A stretch of 36,205 bases of DNA, taken from Gemmatimonadota bacterium. Its GTDB lineage: Bacteria > Gemmatimonadota > Gemmatimonadetes > Longimicrobiales > RSA9. Shown one piece after another: positions 15,452 through 22,619 of this stretch. The position numbers and the translations under genes are program-made. Positions within the stretch are counted from its first letter, which is position 1; each line of letters starts with the position of its first letter. The DNA lies in assembly GCA_016207445.1 (NCBI GenBank), contig JACQPS010000088.1:1-36205 (forward strand), in the 5' to 3' direction. The notes beneath the pieces are model-generated. The model had not been told where the DNA came from and searched no databases. It worked only from the letters and a program-made list of their open reading frames with translations.

Positions 15452-15542
15452 CAGCCATCCCGCGGTCAGGTCCTCGGCCATGCCCTCGCCCCCGTCCAGC
15501 GGGTACTGTATAGTTTGTGTCAGTACCATCCAGCGTAACCTC

Positions 15543-15571
15543 TTGTATTACAACGGGTATTGCAGTAAATT
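15543..15571 (+). promoter_or_regulatory. Candidate sigma-70-like promoter for the phosphodiesterase gene, within an AT-rich island
   Basis: TTGTAT (15543-15548), 17 nt, TAAATT (15566-15571). This predicts a leader of about 55 nt to TTG 15633. Confidence 0.3.
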
Positions 15572-15632
15572 TCGCTGTTCCCGAAGGCAAAACGAGCAGC
15601 GGCGACGAGGCCGCTCCAAGGAGGCGATTTCG

Positions 15633-16589
15633 TTGAAGGGGATTCGGATCGCGGCACTGCGCCGGCTGGGCTGGCGTGCGCGCGTGGGGGCGCTCGCGCT
15701 GGTGGCGGTGGGCGCGCTGGCGAGCGGTCGTCCGGCGGCGGAGAAGGCGCCGCTGGGGGCGGTGAGCGATCACGTGGTCGTGATCTCGATCGACGGGCTG
15801 CGTCCGGACGCGATCAACAAATATGAGCTGAAGACGCTGCGGCAGCTGGCGCGGAGTGGCAGCTACTCGTGGGAGGCGCAGACGATCTTCCCGAGCAAGA
15901 CGTTGCCGTCGCACACGTCGATGCTGACGGGGGTGCCGCCGGCCGTGCATGGCATCCTGTGGAACGACGACCAGGTCGGCGACAAGGGCCTGGTGCAGGT
16001 CCCGACGATCTTCGAGCTGGCGAAGCGCGAGGGGTTCACGACGGCGGCGTTCTTCAGCAAGTCGAAGTTTCACCACTTGCAGAAACCGGGTTCGCTGGAC
16101 TACACGCAGGCGCCGGAGGGTATGGACAAATGGCTGGCGACGCGCACGGTGGCGGACGTGAAGAGCTACCTCGGGCGCGCGCGTCCGAACCTGCTGTTCG
16201 TCCACATCGGCGAGACGGACTACGCGGGGCACTCGATCGGGTGGATGAGCTTCGCGTACAAATGGGCGGCGCGACGGGCGGATGTAGCCGTGGCGCACGT
16301 GCTGCGCTCGGCCGATGCGGCGTTCGGCAGCGGCAACTATACGGTCATCGTGACCGCGGACCATGGCGGGCACGGCCGCAACCACGGCAGCGATGACCCG
16401 CGCGACATGACGATCCCCTGGATCGTGTGGGGCCGCGGCGTGGTGACGGGGCAGTACCTGGGCACCGGGATCAGGACCATGGATACGGCGGCGACCGTGC
16501 TCTGGCTGCTGGGCGTTGAGGCGCCCGCGACCTTCGCGGGCGTGCCGGTGACGGGGGCCTTCACGGCCGCGGTGGCGCAGGCCTCGTAA
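15633..16589 (+). CDS. Nucleotide pyrophosphatase/phosphodiesterase (NPP, alkaline-phosphatase superfamily), secreted
   Basis: VVISIDGLRPD, FPSKTLPSHTSMLTG (Thr nucleophile context), HIGETDYAGH, VTADHGGHG. TTG start at 15633 is preceded by AAGGAGG with an 8-nt spacer. A signal-like N-terminus is present. Confidence 0.82.
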   Translation: MKGIRIAALRRLGWRARVGALALVAVGALASGRPAAEKAPLGAVSDHVVVISIDGLRPDAINKYELKTLRQLARSGSYSWEAQTIFPSKTLPSHTSMLTGVPPAVHGILWNDDQVGDKGLVQVPTIFELAKREGFTTAAFFSKSKFHHLQKPGSLDYTQAPEGMDKWLATRTVADVKSYLGRARPNLLFVHIGETDYAGHSIGWMSFAYKWAARRADVAVAHVLRSADAAFGSGNYTVIVTADHGGHGRNHGSDDPRDMTIPWIVWGRGVVTGQYLGTGIRTMDTAATVLWLLGVEAPATFAGVPVTGAFTAAVAQAS

Positions 16590-16617
16590 GCTAGCGACGC
16601 CGTGCTCGCATGGATTA

Positions 16618-16650
16618 GGGACCGGGAGACTTCCCGGCCCCTTTTCGTTT
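16618..16650 (+). terminator. Rho-independent terminator after the phosphodiesterase gene
   Basis: GGGACCGGGA-gact-TCCCGGCCCC (one mismatch) followed by TTTTCGTTT. Confidence 0.65.
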
Positions 16651-16657
16651 CCGGAGC

Positions 16658-16724
16658 AGGGATCAGGGGTCAGGGGTCAGGGGGACGCCCGAAGCTGATC
16701 CCTGACCCCTGGCCCCTGATCCCT
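16658..16724. repeat. TCAGGGN-heptamer palindromic element, copy B
   Basis: agggatcaggggtcaggggtcaggg (16658-16681) pairs with 16701-16724 over 24 positions with one T/G mismatch; the loop is 19 nt. The right arm ends on the TAA stop (16724-16726, minus strand) of the lipoprotein gene. It has the same CCGGAG lead-in and gaagctg loop core as copy A. Confidence 0.85.
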
Positions 16725-18889
16725 TACTTGATGCGCATGATCGCCATCTGCGGCCGGGTCAGGGTCGAGAACGGATCCCCGCGCGCGCCCGCAAGATTCA
16801 GGTTGAGCGGCGGCGGGTTGGCCCCACTGGCCGTCACGATCACGTAGGCGGGTGAGGACGCCGGCAGCGTGTCCGTCACAGCGAAGTCGGCGAAGGCGAA
16901 GGTGCGGGGCTGCAAGGGGTAGCCCCCGCCGATCTGCCCGATCCGGCTGCGCAGGTCGATATTGGGGAAGGTGAAGCGTGGATCGACGGCGGCGCCCTCG
17001 AGCTCCGGGGCGCCGTCCGCCCAGAGCGCGACCGCCCAGTCGTGGAAGAGCACGGTCCAGTTCTTCCCTGTCTCGGCGGTGACGTTGCTGACGCTGGAGC
17101 GCGACGTCTGGGTGAGCCGGCGCAGCAGGTCGCGCTCGCCGTGATGGCCCATGAGATACTTCAGGAAGAGCCAGGACGCGCCGCGTTCCTCGAGCGTACC
17201 CGGCGACGTGGCCCAGATCACGCTCGCCACGGTCGGATCTTTCACGTAGTTGAACGCACGGATGAAGTTGGGCAGCTTGAAGTTGGCGGCGGTGGGCGTA
17301 TCGGCGCGCTCGAGGAAGACGTCGCCGAGCACGTCCTCGGCCGCGTGCGCGATCGCCTCCGACAACCAGATCACCTCCTGGGGCACCCGCAGCAGCAGCA
17401 CGCGCTGGTTGAAGGCGATCATGTGCTGGAGCTCGTGCGCCAGCACGGGCGGGACGGCCCGCAGCAACTGGCTCTTGGTGCGGGCGTCGCTGAACTTCCC
17501 CTCTGGATCGGGCACGAGGCTGTAGAAGATCTCCGAGCGGTTGCTCCCGCTCTCGGTGGTGAGATCCAGGCCGAAGAAGAAGCCGGCGATGAACCCCTGC
17601 GTGCCGCGGGCGGTCAGCTCGTTCACGACCGTCGTGAACAGGATGATGACCCGCTCGTTGCCGTCGATGTCGGAGGGCGCGCCGAACACGGAGATGTCGG
17701 TGTCGTAGATCGGATCGTCGAACAAGCTGCCGAACGCCTGGAAATCGGCGGTCGTGAAGCCACCGGCGGGCGCGTTCAAGTCCTGGTACAGGATGGCGCG
17801 CGCGCTCACGTGCTTCACCTCGGCCGTGACCTCCGTGAACTCGTTATTCTTGTTGAAGACCTGGAATTTGCGCCGGTCGCCCACCTGCGGCGGCGGCGCG
17901 AGGAAGCGCGCCACGGCGGGCGCGACCGCCGCCGGGGAGAGCTCGCGCTCGCGCGCCCGCAGCTTCGCCTCCCAGGCGGCGGCTGCCGGGGTGAAGCCGG
18001 TGCCTGCGAGGGAGGGACCCGCCCGCAGCGCGGCGCCGAGCGGGACCGGTGGTGGCGCCGTCGCCTGCCCGGTCAACCCGAGGAGCTGAAACGGCATGGT
18101 GCGCCCGGCCACGTCGGCCGCGTTCTGCGGCACGAGCAGGAAGGAGAGGCCGCTCTGGCCCCCCGGCAGCCGTAGACAGGCGAGGTCCTGGGGATCGAAC
18201 GCCGCCAGCACCTCCCCCACCTGGAGCGCGATCGGGCCCGTTCCCTGCCCCACGACCGCGAGCGCCGCGGGCTGACTCGCGACGGGGCCCAGCCGCACGA
18301 CCACGTCCACCGTGCGCGTGGGCACGCACAGCGGCACGGCAGCGCGCAGTTGCGTGCTCGTAGCGGAGATGACCGCTCCGCGAATTCCATCGAATACGAC
18401 CGCGTTGTCTTCCGCGTTGGGGCTGAAGTTCCTGCCGGCGATGGTGATGGTGTCGCCGGCATCCGCCTGCGCGGGCGACACGCCGCTGATCTCGGGCGGC
18501 AAAACCGCCTGCGCCTCGAACTCGGCCGGGTCGCCCACCAGACCGCCCACGCTCGCGCGGACGCGGTACACGCCCGGGTCGCCGCCCAGCCGCAGCTGCG
18601 TGCTCGCGATCCCGGAAGAGTCGGTCCTGGACGACGTCGGCGTCACCACGGCGCCCGCGCCCGCCACCACCCGCCACGTCACCGTCACGTCCGGCACCGG
18701 CTCGTGTGTGCTCGCATCCGTCACCACCACCTGGAGCGGGTCCTCCAGCGTGGCGGAGATGCCGCCGAACTGCTCGTCGCCTCCCTGCTTGGCGATATTG
18801 AACCGGCGCTCCGGACCGCCGTCGTCGCAAGCAGCCACGAGCGTGGCGGCGACCAGTCCCGCCGTCAGCTGTTTCCAGACCCGCTGCAT
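16724..18889 (-). CDS. Lipoprotein with Ig-like (Big_1-like) and IPT/TIG domains and a C-terminal HExxH metallopeptidase-like domain (possibly M30/hyicolysin-like)
   Basis: Lipobox LVAAC after MQRVWKQLTAG. Ig-like LQVVVTDASTHEPVPDVTVTW...GVYRVRASV. IPT-like ISGVSPAQADAGDTITIAGRNF. VLAHELQHMIAF with downstream LSEAIAHAAED (gluzincin-like). ATG 18889 is preceded by GGAGG with a 7-nt spacer. Confidence 0.7.
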   Translation of the reverse strand: MQRVWKQLTAGLVAATLVAACDDGGPERRFNIAKQGGDEQFGGISATLEDPLQVVVTDASTHEPVPDVTVTWRVVAGAGAVVTPTSSRTDSSGIASTQLRLGGDPGVYRVRASVGGLVGDPAEFEAQAVLPPEISGVSPAQADAGDTITIAGRNFSPNAEDNAVVFDGIRGAVISATSTQLRAAVPLCVPTRTVDVVVRLGPVASQPAALAVVGQGTGPIALQVGEVLAAFDPQDLACLRLPGGQSGLSFLLVPQNAADVAGRTMPFQLLGLTGQATAPPPVPLGAALRAGPSLAGTGFTPAAAAWEAKLRARERELSPAAVAPAVARFLAPPPQVGDRRKFQVFNKNNEFTEVTAEVKHVSARAILYQDLNAPAGGFTTADFQAFGSLFDDPIYDTDISVFGAPSDIDGNERVIILFTTVVNELTARGTQGFIAGFFFGLDLTTESGSNRSEIFYSLVPDPEGKFSDARTKSQLLRAVPPVLAHELQHMIAFNQRVLLLRVPQEVIWLSEAIAHAAEDVLGDVFLERADTPTAANFKLPNFIRAFNYVKDPTVASVIWATSPGTLEERGASWLFLKYLMGHHGERDLLRRLTQTSRSSVSNVTAETGKNWTVLFHDWAVALWADGAPELEGAAVDPRFTFPNIDLRSRIGQIGGGYPLQPRTFAFADFAVTDTLPASSPAYVIVTASGANPPPLNLNLAGARGDPFSTLTRPQMAIMRIK

Positions 18890-18998
18890 CCGGTCCCCTC
18901 CGCTGGATTCCCCACGCAGAACGGCCGCAGCGCGTGACTCGCCCGGCCGCGGCCGCCATGGAGTATGGGTGGGCCACGCGGATCGCGAAAGATCCGGA

Positions 18999-19030
18999 GA
19001 ATTGCCGGGCGAGAGGCCGGGAATTGCCGG
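18999..19030. repeat. 10-bp direct repeat, period 22 bp, upstream of the lipoprotein gene
   Basis: gaattgccgg at 18999-19008 and 19021-19030 (minus strand CCGGCAATTC twice), 110-140 nt upstream of ATG 18889. Confidence 0.7.
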
Positions 19031-19088
19031 TCTGGAAACGGGGAACCACAAGACGAGAGCAAAGGGCGGGCGTCGCCCCGGGGGCGTT

Positions 19089-20051
19089 CTACCAGCGCGC
19101 CCGCCGGCCGCGCGCGTCGATGTGGAGGAAGGGGCCGTGCACGCCGTTGGCGGGGTAGATGCCGGCGCCTCCTGCCAGCTCCGGGTGACGGGCCTCCACG
19201 CGCTCGGCGGCCTCGAGGATGACGCGCGCATCGCCGGTGTCGCGGCGTCCATCCCCGTTCAGGTCGTCCATGTAGCCGTCGAGGTCGTTGTCCACCCAGA
19301 CGTCGGCGGCGTCGCCGTAGGTGTGCCGACTGAGCGCGGCCCGACCGCTCCCCAGCCCGCGCCCGTTGTACTGCGGCGTGCGGTAGCCGCTCATCACCAC
19401 CATGTGCTCGGCCGGGTAACCCAGCGCGTTCAGCTCCGCCAGCACCAGCTCGAGCTTCTCCAGGATGCGCTTATCCACGACCGCGTACTTGGGCCAGACC
19501 TGCTTCTGATCGTGCGTCAGAAACTCCGCCAGCCGGAAATGCTCCGACAGCGCGAGCCCCTGGTTCGCGCGGGTCACCTCGATGAAGCCCGACGGCGGCG
19601 CGTAGCGCGCCCCGCGGGCCTGCGCCGAGGGGTATCGGCCGATGTGGTAACCCTGCAAGTACGGTCCCTGCTTCCTGTGGAACGGCACCCTCACCACGAG
19701 CCGCAAGCGCTCCAGCACACGCGCGCCCTCGGCGGCCTCCAGCCGCAACTCGTAGACGCCGGGCTGGCCGGGCGCTCGCGCCACCTCTCCCGCCGCGAGC
19801 GTATCGCTCGCCCCTTCCCCTTTCGTCCCGAGCACCGGCACCCAGGCGTATCGCACCCGCGCGGGTCGCGGCCCGCCCCATTCCAGCGGCAGCCGCACCC
19901 GCTCTCCCGGAAGCGTCTGCCACACGCGCAGCGCGCCGCTTTTCCCGAACGCCGCCGGCCTCAGCTGCACCTCCAGCGCGCGCGGCATGGCGGCGGCCAA
20001 GGCCACGAGCAGCAGGCACACGCCTCCCCGGCGGCTCACGAGCGAAAGCAC
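19089..20051 (-). CDS. Peptidase M15-family (DUF882/YcbK-like) zinc D,D- or L,D-peptidase, secreted
   Basis: SGYRTPQYN...SRHTYGDAADVW...FLHIDAR zinc-ligand pattern. A DNDLDGYMDDLNGDGRRD acidic, Ca-loop-like insert is present. GTG start at 20051 is preceded by GGAGAGGG with an 8-nt spacer. The N-terminus is a signal peptide. Confidence 0.75.
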   Translation of the reverse strand: MLSLVSRRGGVCLLLVALAAAMPRALEVQLRPAAFGKSGALRVWQTLPGERVRLPLEWGGPRPARVRYAWVPVLGTKGEGASDTLAAGEVARAPGQPGVYELRLEAAEGARVLERLRLVVRVPFHRKQGPYLQGYHIGRYPSAQARGARYAPPSGFIEVTRANQGLALSEHFRLAEFLTHDQKQVWPKYAVVDKRILEKLELVLAELNALGYPAEHMVVMSGYRTPQYNGRGLGSGRAALSRHTYGDAADVWVDNDLDGYMDDLNGDGRRDTGDARVILEAAERVEARHPELAGGAGIYPANGVHGPFLHIDARGRRARW

Positions 20052-20119
20052 TGCGATGACCCTCTCCGGTCTCGACCAGGCGGGTGCGCCGGCGAGGAAA
20101 CAGATGTGGGAACCCCGCG

Positions 20120-20148
20120 AACCTAGGCCGGCCGCGCGCGCGCGTCAA
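20120..20148 (-). promoter_or_regulatory. Sigma-70-like promoter for the M15 peptidase gene
   Basis: Minus strand reads TTGACG (20148-20143), 17 nt, TAGGTT (20125-20120). The -10 has the same TAGGnT form as the glnA promoter. The leader is about 60 nt. Confidence 0.45.
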
Positions 20149-20206
20149 CCCGTACACGCGGAGACGCGGAGCGGTCGAGCTGGGAAATACGGATAAGAAG
20201 GGCGCG

Positions 20207-21196
20207 CTACTTCAGCTCCACCAGATCGAGGACGGGCGCGCCCATGATCGGCGATTTGGCGGTGCGGACCCGGCCGAGCACGAGGACGCGCTGGAGCGGC
20301 GTGAGGCGGCGAGCCTGGTCGAGGAGGTGGGGTGGCACGGCGAGGTAGACGAAGCCGGTCTCGTCGGCAGGTCCACGGGTGAGGATGAACGGCTCGCCCT
20401 CGTAGAAATCCGTGCGGATCTTCTCGGCGCGCTCGAGCGCGATGAACTGGAGCGGCCATTCGAGCAGTCGGCCCTGGAAGCGGTCCGGGTTTGCCATGAC
20501 GGTGGCAGCGGCGATGTGCCTGAGGACGGCACTGTCGGCGGGGGCGGCGAGGGCGGGTGCCCAGACCCAGCCTTCCAGGCGCACGCGGGCCCAGTTGGCC
20601 TCGCGGGTGATCACCTCGAGCGTGCCGAGCGGCCGAATCAAAGCCAGGGTGTCGCCACGGGGCCTGCCGAGGAGCGCCGCCCCGCCCTGCCCCGCGCGTG
20701 CCCAGCCACGCGCGCCGGCGGCGGGCCCTGTGCTCCCGGGCGGTAGCGCGGGAGCGGAGGGGGCGGAGGTAGCCGCCGCCTGCGGGTCGGACGGCGCCGC
20801 CTTCGCAGCCGTGCCGGGGCGCTCCCGAACCCAGCCGGTGCGCCGGACCCGCAGCCATGGTCCTTGCTCCGCCAGCCGATCGAGCAGCATGCCCTGGCGC
20901 AGGCGGGCGATCACGCGGCCGTTCGGCTGGGCGCGTAAGTTCTCTCCGCCTACCGGCACAACCAGGAGGTCGTATCCGTCGCGAGCCTCGGGACGCACCG
21001 ATGCCGCCCAGATCCAGCCCTCGACCGTGAGCTCACGCCAGTCGCCTCGTCGCGCACCAGTCGTGAGGCCGGCCGCATCGAGCACGGCTGCGAGCCGCAC
21101 ACCGTCCGGCGCGGCATGAAGCGAGGTGCTGTCCTGCGCGTGCAGCAGCACGGGCAAGGCGAGGACCGCGGTGAGAGAACAGAGGAGGGGACGCAT
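20207..21196 (-). CDS. Secreted protein with three SH3b-like repeats, function unknown
   Basis: Signal peptide MRPLLCSLTAVLALPVLLHA. Repeated W-x-R/E-x-x-x-x-GW-V/I-W motifs (GDWRELTVEGWIW, GPWLRVRRTGWV, ANWARVRLEGWVW). ATG 21196 has no SD, but a promoter ends 7 nt upstream. Confidence 0.6.
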   Translation of the reverse strand: MRPLLCSLTAVLALPVLLHAQDSTSLHAAPDGVRLAAVLDAAGLTTGARRGDWRELTVEGWIWAASVRPEARDGYDLLVVPVGGENLRAQPNGRVIARLRQGMLLDRLAEQGPWLRVRRTGWVRERPGTAAKAAPSDPQAAATSAPSAPALPPGSTGPAAGARGWARAGQGGAALLGRPRGDTLALIRPLGTLEVITREANWARVRLEGWVWAPALAAPADSAVLRHIAAATVMANPDRFQGRLLEWPLQFIALERAEKIRTDFYEGEPFILTRGPADETGFVYLAVPPHLLDQARRLTPLQRVLVLGRVRTAKSPIMGAPVLDLVELK

Positions 21197-21203
21197 GGCG
21201 CAC

Positions 21204-21231
21204 AGTATGCCCGGAACGCCCGGCGTGTCAA
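21204..21231 (-). promoter_or_regulatory. Sigma-70-like promoter abutting the ATG of the SH3-repeat gene (candidate leaderless)
   Basis: Minus strand reads TTGACA (21231-21226), 16 nt, CATACT (21209-21204), 7 nt, ATG (21196). Confidence 0.45.
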
Positions 21232-21278
21232 CGGGATCGACGTCGCCTTCCAGGCGCACCGAAACGGCGACCGCGCGC

Positions 21279-21307
21279 TTGCGTGTTCCTGCACCCGTCT
21301 CTAGCTT
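21279..21307 (+). promoter_or_regulatory. Sigma-70-like promoter abutting the ATG of the OMP gene (candidate leaderless)
   Basis: TTGCGT (21279-21284), 17 nt, TAGCTT (21302-21307), 6 nt (gccgcg), ATG 21314. Confidence 0.45.
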
Positions 21308-21313
21308 GCCGCG

Positions 21314-22024
21314 ATGTCGCGCTTCGCGCCTCTTTTTTCGCTCGCCGCGCTGCTCGCCGCTGCGCTCATCGCCGCTGCGCTCATCGCCCCCGCGCCCGCC
21401 GTGGCCCAGGAGGTGGTGCGCTCGCCGTACCGCTTCGTGGACGAGGGCCAATCGCTCGGGCCTTTCGCCGGCTACGTGTTCACCAACACCGGCCAGAGCG
21501 AGCTCGGGCCGGAATCGGGTCCGGTTGCCGGCGTCCGCTACGCGATCCGGATCAACGGCCCGCTCACGCTGGAGGGACAGGCGAGCTACTTTCCGACCAC
21601 GCGCGCCGTCTGGCGCGCGGACACGACGGGAGCAGACACCGTTCTCACGCACGTGGCCACGGCCGACTTGCAGGTGCTGGCGCTGGATGGCGGGCTGCGC
21701 TTCAACATCACCGGCCCGCGCACGTTCCACAATCTGATGCCGTACCTGATCGTGTCCGGCGGCGCCGCCCTGGACCTCACGGGCGAGACGGAACAGGACC
21801 GCGAGCTGCCACAGGACGATCGCTTCAAGTTCGGCACGACTTTCGCCGGTCAGATCGGTGGCGGGATCGAGTGGTTCGCCGGTCGCCGTCTGACCTTCCG
21901 GGTGGACGCGCGGAACCTGCTCTGGGAGCTCGATACGCCCAGAGCGTTCCTGCACGGCAACGTGCCGCGCCAGGAGTGGGTGCAGAACTTCCTGCTCTCG
22001 GCGGGCGTATCCCTCCACTTCTGA
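21314..22024 (+). CDS. Outer-membrane beta-barrel protein (small OmpW/OmpA-N-like barrel)
   Basis: Signal peptide ending AVAQE, alternating amphipathic strands, and a C-terminal LLSAGVSLHF with terminal Phe. Confidence 0.7.
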   Translation: MSRFAPLFSLAALLAAALIAAALIAPAPAVAQEVVRSPYRFVDEGQSLGPFAGYVFTNTGQSELGPESGPVAGVRYAIRINGPLTLEGQASYFPTTRAVWRADTTGADTVLTHVATADLQVLALDGGLRFNITGPRTFHNLMPYLIVSGGAALDLTGETEQDRELPQDDRFKFGTTFAGQIGGGIEWFAGRRLTFRVDARNLLWELDTPRAFLHGNVPRQEWVQNFLLSAGVSLHF

Positions 22025-22048
22025 GCCCGGCGGCCGACCGCCACCGCC

Positions 22049-22073
22049 GCCCCCGCGCTTTGCGCGTGGGGGC
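22049..22073 (+). terminator. GC-rich hairpin after the OMP gene (no U-tract)
   Basis: GCCCCCGCGC-ttt-GCGCG(t)GGGGGC, 25 nt after the stop. Confidence 0.3.
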
Positions 22074-22095
22074 CGAGTCAACCGACGGAGGCTGC

Positions 22096-22584
22096 ATGCG
22101 CCGGGACTATGAAGACGTCTTCGACCTGGGCGACCTGGACGATGGCGAGATCGCGCAGCTCATCCGCCAGCAGCTCGAGGAGTATCCGGAGCTGGACCCC
22201 GACCTGCTCAGGATCGATGTGTCCGACGGCTTCGTCACGCTGTCCGGCCGGGTCGGCACCGAGCAGGAACTACAGACGCTCGAGCACGTGATCACGGCCG
22301 TGCTGGGGATCCCGAAGTACTCCAACGAGGTGGTGGTGGACGAGCTGGTGCGCGGGGAGTACAGCGAGGCGGCGGATGAAGCCGCCGCGCAGGACAACGA
22401 GGTCGCGGGGCAGCTCGGCAAGGGCGCCGTGCTGGCCGAGGACTCGGCCAGTCACCTGCTCGAGGATCTCGAGTCCGAGCTGTACGGCACGCACGACGTG
22501 AACCAGGCCATCGAGCGGGGGTACACGTACGAGCCTCCGGACCGGCCGCTGCAAGAAGGGAGCTGGTCGGAGGAGACCCACTGA
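22096..22584 (+). CDS. BON-domain protein with acidic C-terminal tail
   Basis: LLRIDVSDGFVTLSGRVGTEQELQTLEHVITAVLGIPKYSNEVVV is a BON-like fold signature. GGAGG lies 4 nt before ATG 22096. Confidence 0.7.
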   Translation: MRRDYEDVFDLGDLDDGEIAQLIRQQLEEYPELDPDLLRIDVSDGFVTLSGRVGTEQELQTLEHVITAVLGIPKYSNEVVVDELVRGEYSEAADEAAAQDNEVAGQLGKGAVLAEDSASHLLEDLESELYGTHDVNQAIERGYTYEPPDRPLQEGSWSEETH

Positions 22585-22619
22585 TCGACGGAGATGGCTC
22601 GCGCCCGCCGCTGTGGACG

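Noticed and set aside
15332-15529. 65-aa minus-strand ORF (MVLTQTIQYPLDGG...) running through the 31-mer repeat and ending 29 nt before the pncB start; possible leader peptide
   Set aside because: It has an AAGAGG 9 nt upstream and high third-position GC. However, half of it is translated from a 31-nt (non-triplet) repeat, so the two copies give different peptides. The first codons use AT-ending codons atypical for this genome. I keep it only as a remote possibility that ribosome profiling could test.
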